Made by a program: the position numbers and the translations under genes. Below the pieces are notes generated by a model, which made no database searches, was not told the DNA's origin, and saw only the letters and a program-made list of their open reading frames with translations. This document shows positions 51,416 to 64,000 of a DNA stretch of 64,000 nt, piece after piece. Origin of the DNA: Rhynchobatus australiae (lineage: Eukaryota); contig JAUZTB010000070.1 of the NCBI GenBank assembly GCA_034780895.1, positions 13,178,435 through 13,242,434 of the forward strand. Reading direction: 5' to 3'. The first letter of the stretch is position 1; every line of letters begins with the position of its first letter.

Positions 51416-53294
51416 AGTTAAATCAAGTTCCTAAAATCAGTAAGAGTATATTTCAGATCTGAGTTTGCTGACTTCATACTTTGTCCAATTACACTGAACT
51501 TGATTGTGATCTATTTTAATACTCATAAGAAAATCAAATGGAATGAATGAGATAAAAAGATCAGATCTTTGCAAGGTCTGGCATCTGTTGCTTCTCCCTA
51601 CCGTCTCCCTTTTGTTTCAGAGGGATCCCACAACTACTCCATTCCTGAGATACCATATAAACACACAAACAATTTCTAGTGAGTTTGATACACATGAATT
51701 GACTTTCCTTTTGAAGATGAATTGAAAGCATATTGAAGGTAGTTCAAGGCTGATGAATAATTTGTTATGACCTATTTTCTTTCTTGTCACTCATGAAAGT
51801 TCACTGGGTGGTGCAAGAGAAAGATTTCTTAGCCGGAAGGTTGATTGTCCATTCCTTCTATGTGGGTAGATTTTGGTGTATAGCAAGCAGATCCTGACAG
51901 TGCAAAGCACCAAGTGCCGTGCCCACACTGCTGCTTCAAATAGTTTTTATAAGAAAAGAACTTAAAGGATACCTAACACTTCCAATATAGTTGTGTTTCT
52001 GAGCTGAACCAGGATTGATATGTAAAATGCAAATAATGAACGAAGGGTTAGAGACTGTAGAACAAATGGTGCAAGGTTGTGAAAATTAACTACAGTATCT
52101 CAAAAAGAATTTGTCAGGAGTAATATCACAGGCCAACATAAATAAAGTGCATGAATTGCGCCCAATTTAATGCTATCTGCACCTATATCACAAATAAATA
52201 TTAAAATGATCAGACATGAATTATATAAAATGATGTCGTGTCCATTATGTACTGTTGGTAAGACTTATTTTGCCAGTGAGACTTAAGGTGTGGTGGATCA
52301 AGTCATCCACTTGCCAGTTGTACTTACTGCTAAGCTTCACATTTTATGGTGTCATTAATATGATCCTTTTCCTGAGTTCCAAATTTCTATCAGTATAAAG
52401 GGATGCAAAATGGTTTCTGCATCAGGAACCTAGGCTCTCAAGAGTTGTTATTGTATTTTCTGCAATCCTGCACCATAGAATCGTAGGCAGTGAAATCATT
52501 CTGTATCCATTCCTTAAATTCTGGCTCTCTTATATTTGATTCCCTTGCATAATATTTCTCTATAACTGTTTTCCAAGGCAAACTGTGGAGTAAACTGCAG
52601 CTCTGGGAGCCCCTGTGCTGTTAAAAAAAGGTTTAGTTAGCTGTTTATGCAGCAACAATATGCTGATCAATACTATTGTTCTGCTGCTGTGGGTAGACCT
52701 CTGTGCTAACATTAGTGCACACACTTTATTGCCACTTCAGGACACAGTAAAACAGAAGGGAAGAGTGTTGGATGTAAGAAGATTCAGGTTAATGTATATT
52801 TCTCATTTTAATCCCAGTGAATGCTGAGTTCAAATCAATTGCATCATAACAAGAATTTCCAGGACTTTAATTGAAGAAATAGCTTCTGCATCAGGAGCCC
52901 TTGTTCTGATAAAGAAATTCTTATAATTGTAGTTTGGTTGAATTCTTCAAAATCAGGGGCAAAACTATTGACTGCTTATCATGCATAGGATAACCCCGTC
53001 TATTTTATGAAGACAAATGGTTTTCTAACAATGTACATTTATTTCTTGTTTCTAATGATGGACTTTTGCTGAAGAAGCAACAATATATTGATTAAAGAGA
53101 TTGAGTTTCTCTGGAGAGTTCCCCTTAACTACTGTAACTCAGGAGAAGGGCCAGGGAAAGTCACCTGCTTTGCACACAGTTTTCAGTTTCTTTCTTGGAT
53201 CACCCATTCAACAGCACCAGAAATTATCTCCTTCTGTACAAGACTTCTGTTTCCAGTTCTCCCACCCATTTCAAATATTCATGGCCTGTTAACT

Positions 53295-54790
53295 TAAAGG
53301 AAAAATGCTAGATTCTATTATTAAAAAAACTTCATAGCAGGACACTTCAAAAAATTCAAGGTAATCAGGCAAAGTCAAAGAGGTTTTATGAAAGAGAAAT
53401 CATGTTTGACCAACTTATTGGAGTATTTGAAGAAATAACATGTGCTCTGTATAAAGGGGAACCAGTAAATATACCATACTTGGATTTCCAAAAGGCATTT
53501 GATAAAGGCATAAAACAGACAGGGTGCTGCATCAAAGGTTTCTCTGGGAAATAAAAGTCCATGATGTAGAAGGTGACATATTGGTATGGATAAAAGATTG
53601 GCTGGCCAATGGGAAACCGAAACTAGGCATAAATGGGCCTTTTTCTGCTTGGCAAGATATGGTGAGTGATGTGCCACAGGGATCATGGCTGGAGCCTCAA
53701 CTTTTTACTGTTTACATGTATGACTTAGATGAAGACACCCAAAGATATGGTTACTAACTTTGCTGGTAACAGAAAGATATGTGGGAAAGTATGTTGTGAA
53801 GGGGATTAAGGAGGCTAAAATGAGATAAAGGTTGACTGAGTAAGTGGACAAATGTAATGTGAGAAATTGTTCATTTTGGCAGGACAAAAAATAAAGAGGA
53901 AGCATATTATTTAAGTGGTGAGATACTGCAGACCACTAAGATGTAGAGGGATCTGGCTGTTCCATTGCATGACTCACAATAGGCGAATATGCAGGTATAG
54001 CATGTAATCAGGAAAGATAACAGAATATTTTACTGCTAGCAGAATCAAACACAAAAGTGAAGAGGTTATGCTATAGTTACAAAGGGCATTAGTGAGGCAT
54101 CTGTAGTATTGTATATAACATTGGTCTCCTTATTTTAGGAAAGATGTTAATGTATTGGAAGCAATTGAGAGATGTTTTACTTGACATATACCTGGAATGG
54201 GCAGGATGTTTAGTGAGGAAAGATTGGACAAACTAGGCTTAGATCGAATGGACTTTAGAAGAGTGGGAGGTGACTTGATTAAGACATAAAATTCTGTGGG
54301 GTCTTGACAGGGTGGATGTAGAGAGAATGTTTCCTCTTGAAAAAGAATCTACAACTCAGGGCCACCACTAACAAAAGAGTCATCCATTGCATGTAAATGT
54401 CATATACATTTTCCTTATAATATAGAAGGAGGCCATTTCACCCATTGAGTTCATGCCAACACACCAAGCAATCCCATTTCCCCACTAATTTCCCCTGTAA
54501 CCTCTTCTCCCCATATTCTCATCAACTCCCCCATGTTTTATCTATACACCAGATAAATATTTACAGTAGCCAATTAACCAGCCACCCTGGACAACTTTGG
54601 GGAAACCCACAGGAAATACACGTTGGCACAAGAAGAACTGTAAACTCCACACTGAACCGCCAGAAGCCAGGATTGAACCTGGGTCATTGGAGCTCTGAGG
54701 CAGCAGTTCTACTAGCTGTACCACTGTGCCACCCAAAACGGAGATGAGGTGAAATCTTTCCTCTCAAGTCGTCTTTGGAACTCCCTTAGA
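53295..54790 (+). mobile_element. CR1-type LINE RT to 3' region, interrupted by a V-SINE
   Basis: YLDFQKAFDK, WIKDWLAN...SDVPQGSWLEPQLFTVYMYDLDE. Confidence 0.85.
54410..54735 (-). mobile_element. HE1-like V-SINE
   Basis: Minus-strand head gggtggcacagtggtacagctagtag, B box ggttcaatcc, V-domain gtgtggagtttaca...gggtttcccc. Confidence 0.85.
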
Positions 54791-55135
54791 ATTATAGAGT
54801 CATACAGCACAGAAATAGGCCATTGCCCACCATGTCCATACTGGTCAGTGGGCACACATCCGTATTAATCACATCTTCCAGCACTTGGCCCTTAGCCTTC
54901 TATGCCTAGCTGATTTTAAGTGCATGTCTCGACATTTGTCTTCCAGGTACTCACCACTCTCTGGGTGGAAAAAGTCTCTCTCAGATCTCCTTTAAAACTC
55001 TTACCCCTTACCCTAAATCTATTTCCTACAGTTTTATCTATCCCCAATGAGGGGAAAAGTTTCCTGCACTCTATCCTACCTATATTGATCATTATTTTAT
55101 TTGTATTAATCATAGCTCCTCTTAACCTCTCTGAA
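54790..55135 (-). mobile_element. CR1/HER1 3' end
   Basis: ORF 54916-55182 RLRGAMINTNKIM...RFRVRGKSFKGDLRETFSTQRVVSTW. Confidence 0.85.
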
Positions 55136-55810
55136 AATGGTAACACAAGTGTATAGAGTGGTAAAGAAGGTGTATGGCACACTTGCCTTCATTAGTCGGG
55201 GCACTGAGTATAAAAGTTGGCAAGTCATGTTGCAGCTGTGTAAACCTTTAGTTAGGCCTCATTTGGATTATTGTGTGCATTTCTGGTCACCACACTATAA
55301 GAAGGATATAGAGGCTTTGGAAAGGGTGCAGAAGAGGTTTACCTGGATGTTGCCTGGATTAGAGTATATTAACTGTAAGGAGAGGTTAGATAAATATGGA
55401 TTGTTGTCTCTGGAGTGTCAGAGGTTCAGGGGCAACCTGATAGAACTATCTCAAATTATGAGAGCCATAGAGCAAGTAGATGTTCAAGTCTCTGTCAGGT
55501 GGAAATATCAGATACTCGAGGTCCAAGGTTTAAGATGAGAGATGGAAAATTTAAAGGAGATGTGCAAAGTGAGGTTTTTTTAAACACAGAGAGCAATAGG
55601 TGCCTGGAACATGTTGCCAGGGGAGGTGGTAGAAACAATATGACGGCAATGTTTAAGAGACATTTAGACAAACATATGAACAGGCAGGGAAGAGAGGGAT
55701 ATGGACCATGTGCAGGCAAATGGGATTAGTTTAAATTGGCATCATGTTTGGCGCAGACATTGTGGGCCAAAGGGCTTGTTCCTGTGCTATATCATCTTAT
55801 TGTTCCAATG
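55135..55810 (+). mobile_element. CR1/HER1 3' end, relatively young
   Basis: ORF 55137-55538 LVRPHLDYCVHFWSPHYKKDIEALERVQKRFTWMLPGL. Confidence 0.9.
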
Positions 55811-56989
55811 CTGAAGTCAGTCATTTACTGGTTATAAATATCCAAGTTTATATCTTTATGAATGTTTATAGCAATGAGAAGTTTGAATCTTTGCAATTAT
55901 GGATGAAGCTCAAAAATATATGATTTGGATGTATTATTGCATCAAGAAATGAAGATTTGCCCGTGTTATTTTCCTACCTATCAAAATAATTAACAGTGAC
56001 AACTTTGCAATTGGATCTATTTCCTTAATAAAAATAATTAATTTCAGTATTATAGTTGGCATTGTTCAGAAATTTTTCATTTTTATATTTATTCTGCTGG
56101 CATACATATTACTTGTTTTGAGTATCAATTTAATACTCAATAAAATTCCCAGCATTCTTGTTGCTCAGTTTGTACATTTAAACTGGTACCAGGTTCCACA
56201 CTCACTGTGAAACAAAGGTTAGAGTACAAAAGAGTTGCATTTGTATTTTGTTTGTTGAAATTATGACATTGCTGAATCTTCTTTCTCTATCAATAACTGA
56301 AAGAAAACTGCTTCCTTTAATTAGTTTAAAGAAGGCTGCAGGAGGTAGTGATTTACAGGTATGAAGTATTTTTGAAGACAAAGGTGAAAGGCATTTGAAG
56401 AATGTCTGTACCATAGTGAAATGAGTGGAATGTATGGAATTGCATACATATCTAATTATGCTCAGTCAGCTCCAATGGCCAGTTCAAGCCATTGGCATGT
56501 TGAACATTAGACTCCCAAAATAGGTATTTTATTCCAAGAAGACATTACAATGGTCACAGGAAAAATTCAAGATGTTCTCAAAACCTCCTTGAAGAAGTGA
56601 AACATCCTCATTAACTCATGAGAATACCTAGCTGCCAACTGTTGAAAATGGAGGTGGATCATTCAAGATGTTACCAATAATCTCAGGTCTATTCATTGGG
56701 AGAACATAGGAGCTCTGCATAAATGGTAGAACAAACTACCCATACAGTTAAGTTAAACATTTCCTACCTCATATATGGCAGAAACTTGGTCTCATAGGCC
56801 ACCTCAAAACCTTCAGAACTGGAAGTCATCCTCGATACCAAGGAAGAAAAGGACATTCATGAGCAAGGTGAATAACAAATATTCCAGAATGAATTACCAT
56901 TCAGTTATTCAGTTTACAGTGAACTGACAAACTTAAGAACAACTCAATGGATCAGTAAATTGGGTAGGCTCTAAAAATTTGGTTGGTAA

Positions 56990-57900
56990 TCATCTTTGGT
57001 CCTGTGGATTCCAAGGTGGGTGACGAGACCTGCAGTCTCTGACACATGTGTCAGAAGGTGATTAATGAGGGAATGGGTGGGTAATATTTCCTTTTCCACT
57101 GTTTTTGATGGGTTTTTGGATGTTCCTGAAGAAGAGGATCAATGTTCTCAGTGTTTTCCCAAATATTCCTTCTCCACTTTGAGCAGTCATGGGCCAGGGA
57201 TTCACCAAAGTCAGTGAGGTTACATTTCTTTACAAGACAATCTTAAGAATATCCATAAATTATTACCTCAATCTTCTCAGGAATCTTTTGCTGGGATGGA
57301 GCTCAGAGTAGAGGGCCTGTTTTGGTAGTTTGGTATCAGACAGTTGTGTAATTAAAGCCTCAGTGCTGGGGATGTTTACCTGGGACAAGACACTATAGTT
57401 GATTCTCTCATGCTACCAATGAAATTTGGAGGATTTTACGAAGTCAGCATTGATGGTACCTGTCCAGTGCTTTGAGGTACCAAGTATGGGAGGGCACTGA
57501 TCACTGCTGAACAGTGGACCATGAGTTTTATGCAGATTTAAGGTCTTGATCTTCAACTACTCTTTTCCTCAGGAGGCCAAGGACTATTCTGGCACAATGG
57601 AGATAATGGTGAATTTCACTATCACCTTTCCCATGAGATCTCCTGAATTACGGAAGGTTGTCCACATTTTCCAGGATTTTATTGTGGACCTTTATTGTTG
57701 GATCTGGGAGTGCATCACAGAGAGGTTGAAATGGACCTTTATTGTGTAGATGTTAGTGTAAGGCCTTTTCTTTAATGCTCTACAGTGAATGTTGAAGATG
57801 AATTAAAAGCTCAGCCTCCCATAGTACATGTACACAAGCATTTTCTGTGTACTGCAACTCAATGACTGAGGTTGGAATGATTTTAGTTCTGGAGTTGAGG
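56990..57900 (-). mobile_element. RTE-clade LINE 3' part, diverged
   Basis: Reverse complement resembles 21470-21990 (KILQI..W...SVLSQxNIPS...PKQALYSEL). Confidence 0.65.
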
Positions 57901-57959
57901 TGATGTAGGTTGCACAGTTTCACATTTATCCTGCATATTGACTTCACTCCAATAGGAAA

Positions 57960-58795
57960 CTAGTTAGAGATGAGGAGCAATAAAGCAGAAGGAAAGATTG
58001 AGAAAAACATTGGAGTGATAACATAGCCCTGCAAGTATGCATGTGTATGTGCTTATGTCAATTTCCTGTCAACCTGGACTCCCATACGACAGGACCAGGA
58101 CTTTGCTCCATCAAGCCCAAGTTGTAGATGGTGTGCTGTGGCCATCCATGTTAAATGAAATTGCGCACAGGTATTTTCCATTCTGAATGTGATGTTCAAC
58201 ATCTGGAGTGTTGTGATGCTCATGGACAACCAAGATGGTGATAGACTTGACCTGTGCTGCACTATCATATCCCAGAAACTCAGATGCTCTGACCTTGCGT
58301 CCCTGAGTGAGAACATAAGAAAATAAGAGCAGGAGCAGCCTACTTGGCCCCTCAAGCGTGACCGGCTTTTCTGTGCAATCATGGCTGATCTGCCCCAGGC
58401 CTCATCTCTCTGTATCAGTTCCCCATTGCCCTCAATTCCCCTGATCTTTCAAACATTTCTTTTACCTCCTCTTTAAATATTTCCAATAATCTTGTCCAAT
58501 GATCTGGAGAATTCCAGAGATTGCCCATCCTGTACATGAAGAGATTCCTGCACACCTTATTTATAAATGACCGGCCCCTTTTCTTGTAAATATGTCCCCA
58601 CATTTGAGATTTTCCCACTAGTGAAAACATCTCAGCATTAATCCTGTCATGCCTCTTTGGGATGTTTTATATTTCAATAATCTCACCCCTCATTCTTCCA
58701 AATTCTGAATTTCTTTAGTCACTGATGGTAGGGCAACCCTCTCATCCCAGTGAGATACAAAGTGCTGGGGACAGCCAACTTAAAGAACAAGGCAG
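57960..58795 (+). mobile_element. RTE 5' fragment interrupted by CR1
   Basis: LMDNQDGDR...ASLSE|IQSAGDSQLKEQG reads through once 58313-58755 is removed. Confidence 0.7.
58313..58748 (-). mobile_element. CR1 3' insertion with 7-bp TSD
   Basis: ORF 58415-58630 MFSLVGKSQMWGHIYK...NLWNS; flanked by AGTGAGA at 58306-58312 and 58749-58755. Confidence 0.85.
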
Positions 58796-58799
58796 ATCT

Positions 58800-59760
58800 T
58801 GACCTGTGATCATGCCAAGTTTCATACCCACACTGCATAGTTTGCATACTGCTAGCAATTCATTCACAATAGACAAATAATACAAACACATACATGCCAT
58901 TCATGAACACACTTTCTTCTCCCTGGTAGTGCAACGTGGCACAAAATTTCAGGCACTAAAACTAATCAACCAGATATAATCACAGCCACAACACCTTACC
59001 ACATGAAAGAGAAAGTGCTCAATACTTTTGGGGCAATTATTACATGCCCAGCAGTGGGGCTGAGATCACAGAAGATCCCGGTATTCTCCCAGCTAATCTT
59101 TCTCATATTCCAGAACCTCTTCTGATACCCCATTTGTAGATGGTATCAGTAGACACCTCTTATCCCTTCACCTTTCTGCCAGTCACCTTCTCCTCATCAG
59201 AAATCCAAAAGTTGCAACTTTGCCAGGAGGAATGATAAAGGAACAAGAGGAGGATAAAGACAGAGACACTTGATTCAGTGCCTGGCCACCATTTCATTGT
59301 CATTTTATGGATTTCAGGGGTTAGTTTATAAGCACACATGGTTTGCACTCAGTGTAGTCTAAGAACCAATCTATTCGACAAGTGAAGCCTCAAATGAACA
59401 CTGCAAAGAGACATCCTATGGAAGAAGACTGATGCACACAGAAATGTTGGCATATTAATAGCCTTGCAGAAAGTCTGCATGCAGTGTTAAGGAGTATGTT
59501 GGAGTCCAGCACCAGAGTCCCTGTGCAGAGCTTTGTATGGACTTTGGAACCTACTCTTCCAGCCTGGTCAGTATCTCCATTAGTAAGTACATCTGTGGAA
59601 CCAACTATTAAGCAGCAACTGATACCAGATGTCTCAGCTTCTACTGTGGTGTGGGCAGAAGCCACACAATAGCTGCAGGCTGCAGTCAAGCAAACTCAGA
59701 CTGTTGATGTGAATACCAGTGTTAAAGGAGTTTGCAGCATGTTGCAGTAGTCTGAAGAAA
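58800..59760 (+). mobile_element. Harbinger accessory-gene fragment
   Basis: 59500-59700 aligns with the reverse complement of 17880-18070 (ctttgtatggactttggaacc vs ctttgtatagagcttggagtcc; ggcagaagccac vs ggcagaagtcac). Confidence 0.55.
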
Positions 59761-60139
59761 GAAATAGACTCGTAAATTATACTCCACTTAGAATTCATTC
59801 AATTATTAGCAAAGGACTGAATGCTAAACCACAGAATGATACTATTAACCAGATTGAGAAGCATGTGTTAATCACAAATATCCTTACAAACATTTGGAAG
59901 AAGTTATCGTTCAGGAGATTGGCATATACTGGCATCTTATAGATACAAATTCCCATNNNNNNNNNNGTGATCAATTCTAAATGGCAGTCCATTCTTGCTT
60001 AACCTTATTTAATTCTCTAAACAAATAACATAGAAGATAAATAAAAGGAAATATAGTTGATTTGCTTAACATAGATTTTCAATGATTGATAAAGCAACAT
60101 ATTGGGGAATTATAACACATGGAGTTAATGGGATGTGAT

Positions 60140-60590
60140 GACCAGAAACAACTTCTTACGCACTCCCTCCTGATCAAAGTTGACTTACACACACTCCAGT
60201 TTTGTGGTTCTGAGTCGGCTAATGTGGTTCCTGTGGGGACCACAGACACTTCCACAGATGGGGCAGATGTGAGGTGCTCTTCCCCTTCTGCAGGGCCTTT
60301 GTATGCTCCCAAAGTGCAGCTTCGAGGTTCTCAATGTCATCCTGAATCCTTTTTCTCCACCTTGAGTGGCCATCGGCCAAGGGTACCCAGGAGTCAGTGG
60401 GAATATTCACAGCTTTGTGCACACCTTTGAATCCTTTTCTCTGTCCAGTTAGTTATCCCTTCCTATGACAGGCACATGCATAGGATATTTCTAATGTTGG
60501 GCACGTGAATAATGTGAAGCACCCAATGCACCTGAGTGTAACCAGGGCCTCGACACTGGGATGTCAACCTGGAAGAGTTTATGAGAATTC
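60140..60590 (-). mobile_element. RTE 3' end
   Basis: SRWRKRIQDDIENLE...CPICGSVCGPHRNHISRLRT (C-terminal C2H2-like motif) and a taagaag tail. Confidence 0.75.
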
Positions 60591-60739
60591 CTTTGTCTAT
60601 TTAGAAGCACTTAGTAAATTGTGACGAAATATATGTAGGGCTGCATGACAATTAAATGGGGTAGCAAGATTAGCAGATGAACAAGTAGGTATAAAAATAT
60701 GGTCTAATACACTTTGGATGAAAATGAAAAGGAATAACT

Positions 60740-61130
60740 ATGGCAAAGAAGGATGCCATTCAATCCCTCAAACCTCTCCGAGCTCTTTGTAGATCAATCA
60801 TGTCAGTTCTATTGTCTTGCTCTTTCCTTGTAGCACTGGAAATTATTTTCAGAGTGCCAATCAAATTCCCTTTACAAAGCTGGGATTGACTCTGCTTCCA
60901 CCACCCTCAGAGAACATGCATCCCAAACCATAGTCATGCATCTTTTAAAAAAAATACTTTCCTCACATTCCCTCTTGTATCTCTGTTCATTATTTTAAAT
61001 CTGTTTTCCCAATCGGTGAACCGTTCACCAATGCAAACAACCTCTCTGTTACCCCTATCCAAACACTTTATGATCTCACAGACCTCTATCAAATCTCTTC
61101 ACAACCACCTTTGCTCCAGTACAAGCTCAG
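60740..61130 (-). mobile_element. CR1-type 3' fragment
   Basis: Reverse complement gives gagatttgatagaggtctgtgagatcat, i.e. the DLIEVxKIxK region. Confidence 0.7.
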
Positions 61131-61830
61131 CAACACATCCTAAATGTTCAGATTTTAAATGGAGCAGAGGAGCAAGAAGTTCCCGGTTGATATTATTCAG
61201 GTCATTAAAGGTAATGGTGCAGAAGGCAAGACCACACAAATAGCAAATGGGAAGCTTGGATTTCTTTCAGAAGTATTGTTAACAAATACAGAGAGTTAAC
61301 ATGGGACTGGTATACGGTGTAAGTTAGCCTGAAATTAGAAATATTGTATAGCGTTTTGAGCACCTTCTTGTGCAAGAATTTAGAAGTATACAAATTTATC
61401 ACTGATTAAAATGAGGGGTTTCAGGTGGGAAGACAAACTTTACAAGGTCTTTATTTACTGGAGCTGATACTGTCGAGGGCAATCTAATAGCAGTCATTAG
61501 CTTTTGAAGGTGGGTTGCATTCAAGCCATGTGGTGAAAGGCTGTTCCTACCTCTGAGCAGAAGGAATTGAGACAGCACAAATTTAAGTGATCACAGAAGC
61601 AACTAGAGGAGTGGTTGTATAAATGGCTTTCCACAGAAAGCACTCATTATTTATAACTCTCTAAACTCAACAAAGTTGAAATGGACACCATCAATTCTTC
61701 TAAAAGGAATTTAAATGGCTGCTTGAAGAATACTGACTAAGATCAGAACACAAGAAAGGAGTAGACCTGTCCTGCCATTTAACATGATCATGATCAACCT
61801 GTCCCAGCCCTCAACTCCTCCTCTCAGCCA
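61130..61830 (+). mobile_element. Old CR1-type fragment
   Basis: Weak post-RT remnants (KANGKLGF...LVYGVS..LE). Confidence 0.45.
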
Positions 61831-62599
61831 CTGCCTACAAAATTCAAGTTCTGAGGCAGCACAGCGGGAGGACAAAAGCTGGCACACACTATTCCAAACT
61901 AACTTTAAGAAAAACTTTTGGTGAGACAATAAAAATATTTAAAAGTCATGTTAGATCTAAATGCAGTATCCCAGCAAAAAGCACACAGTCTAGTATGTAA
62001 ATCTCCCAGTTAGTTTGAATTCCAAATCCAGTGCAGTAAAATCATATTCAAGCAATTAGCTGGAATAGCAAAGGTGTTGTCACAAAACTGAAATAAATGT
62101 TATTTTACTTGTTAATTAGAACTAAGCAGTATGTAGCATATGGTAAGGAGGTGTATGTCACAGTCACTTGTTGTTCAAGTGCCAAAAGGATAGGGAAAAA
62201 AAAATCATCCATGAGGAGCCCATAGGATTCTTACAGCAAAAGCAGATTTTGTTGCTTTCTGAGGCAAATGTTGAGAAACTAAACATTGGTGAATTCTAAC
62301 TGCATATAGATTGTTCAAGAATCGTGGTATGTAATTATTCAAGAAATTGCCTTCAATTTGAAAAATCACTGGCCATTCTTTATATTTGACAATGTATTGC
62401 AGCAAATAGAGTTAATTTACTTTAGAAAAAAATATATTTTAAATGATGGAGAAAGCTGAAACTGCATCACTTCAATCAACAAAACGAGGATTACTTCCCC
62501 ACAGAAAGCGAATAGAGGCCTGTTCCATATAAATTGTGTGTGTAAAATCAACTTCAGCCACTTATAACAATCGTCACCAATTTTGACTGGCAGGTGAAT

Positions 62600-62815
62600 T
62601 TTTTTTATTTATACAGCATGGTAACAGGCCCTTCTGGCTCAGTGAGCCCACACCTCCCAATTACACCCATGTTAACCTACTAACCTTCATATCTTTGGAA
62701 TGTGGAAGGAAACCGGAGCACCCAGAGGAAACCCACGCAGTCACGGGGAGAACATTCAAAGTCCTTACAGAGACCGGCAGGAATTGAACCTCGATGGCTG
62801 CATTGCCACTCAATG
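62600..62815 (-). mobile_element. HE1-like V-SINE, well preserved
   Basis: V-domain tctccccgtgactgcgtgggtttcctctgggtgctccggtttccttccacattccaaaga; B box ggttcaattcc. Confidence 0.9.
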
Positions 62816-62839
62816 CAAACTCATTGCCAGGAGGATCAT

Positions 62840-63040
62840 GAGAACTAGAAAAGCTCAGCAGGTCAGGAAAGATCTGTGGAGAAAACAGAATTAACATTTC
62901 AGGTCAATGAGCTTTCATGGGAACTGGGCAAAGTTAGAGGTAAAATAAATGTTAAGTTGCTAAGGAAAAGTGGTGAGAAGTTGCAGGGAGATAAGAGGGA
63001 AGGTTTGTGATGGAGTGAAGACCAGGAGAGACAGGATAAC
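62840..63040 (-). mobile_element. Penelope-like terminal region
   Basis: Same family as 46860-47270; decayed hammerhead core at 62891-62921. Confidence 0.6.
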
Positions 63041-63829
63041 ATAAGCTGTGGTGCTGTCAGTGTGGTAAGTCTGGGAAGTGTGTGAGGGAGTGAAGACCAG
63101 TGAATAACGAAAGGGATGTACGTACTGTACGTCTGGGGTGCTGTTAATAGTTGAATTAAAGCTTGAATTACCAGGATAGAAAAACAAAACTGAACAGATT
63201 ACATGACATATGATTGTGTACGATTTATGGTATAGAAACAGAGCATTCAGCCCAAAGAGTCTGCAATCTATGACTGGTAACCCTTTGATGAAAGTGATTA
63301 ATTAGACAAAATCATTGCTGCTTGAAGTAAACTCATAGCTACTTTCTTTAATTACTATACTCAGGATACCAGACATGCTCAGAATTGCATGCAGCCTTAT
63401 TGAGCAATACACTCAGTAATTATAAAAAAAAGTTGTTAAAATAATGTAGTAACATCCATATCTTTCTCCACATTAATTCAAAAGATGATCCTAATCCTCA
63501 CAGTCCTTATATCACTTCATTACAGATATGAAGGAGATTTCTACTCACAGCATAGATATCACCCAGACATTTGCAGATATGAGTGTGTTAGCTATTACGT
63601 CAACTCTTCTTCAACCTTGAGATTGTGCCTATTGAATTCACTGACTGTTCTGTTTTGAGTGCTTTGAAGAATGACGCATCTCATATGACACTTTGTGGGC
63701 CATATGCTGCTGCAATCACTAAACTTTTTGTGGCTGCAACTTCAAATGGGAACAATTTATGTGAAGTTACTTGCTTACTCCTTATAGCTATCACTTTCCA
63801 CAAAAATGTGATGATATTCCTCTATAATC

Positions 63830-63945
63830 CTTGCTTATAAACAGGAAGTTCTTACTTCCCTGATTTCTCTTCGTTTTCAGGATAAGCACAGTAGATTTTT
63901 TTAGCATTTGTATAAATCTCTCTACTTCATCATTGTGACAGGTAA
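63830..63945 (+). promoter_or_regulatory. Candidate FOX:ETS/GATA enhancer module
   Basis: TAAACAGGAAGT at 63838-63849, inverted ACTTCC at 63854, GATAAG at 63881. Confidence 0.3.
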
Positions 63946-64000
63946 CTTGCAAACTTCTGATGCATCACTGTTGATTGGCATTCTGTGATCTGCCTTATTT

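Overview
AT-rich, gappy eukaryotic scaffold. The repeat repertoire (CR1/HER1-type LINEs, HE1-like V-SINEs, Deu-domain SINEs, Penelope, RTE, Rex1/Babar, Vingi/Ingi-like, Harbinger) points to a cartilaginous fish (shark or ray). I see no intact protein-coding gene, tRNA, rRNA or CRISPR array. Nearly all ORFs in the track are decayed transposon fragments, chance ORFs or N-gap artefacts, so the window reads like a large intron or gene desert. Main points of interest: (1) an old local duplication of about 3 kb (~17.5-20.8 kb vs ~26.4-29.5 kb) in which one copy has lost a motif-dense, CNE-like core; (2) a two-gene Harbinger fossil; (3) a ~3.2 kb LINE with a tRNA-like Pol III head and no ORF1, plus a short SINE sharing both of its ends; (4) a three-tier nest, Vingi-like > CR1 > Rex1/Babar; (5) decayed hammerhead ribozyme cores in Penelope termini; (6) a perfect 23-bp hairpin; (7) several very short minus-strand exon candidates in unique sequence. 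Family calls come from motif recognition by eye and repeat boundaries are approximate. I cannot support a claim of a wholly new biological system.
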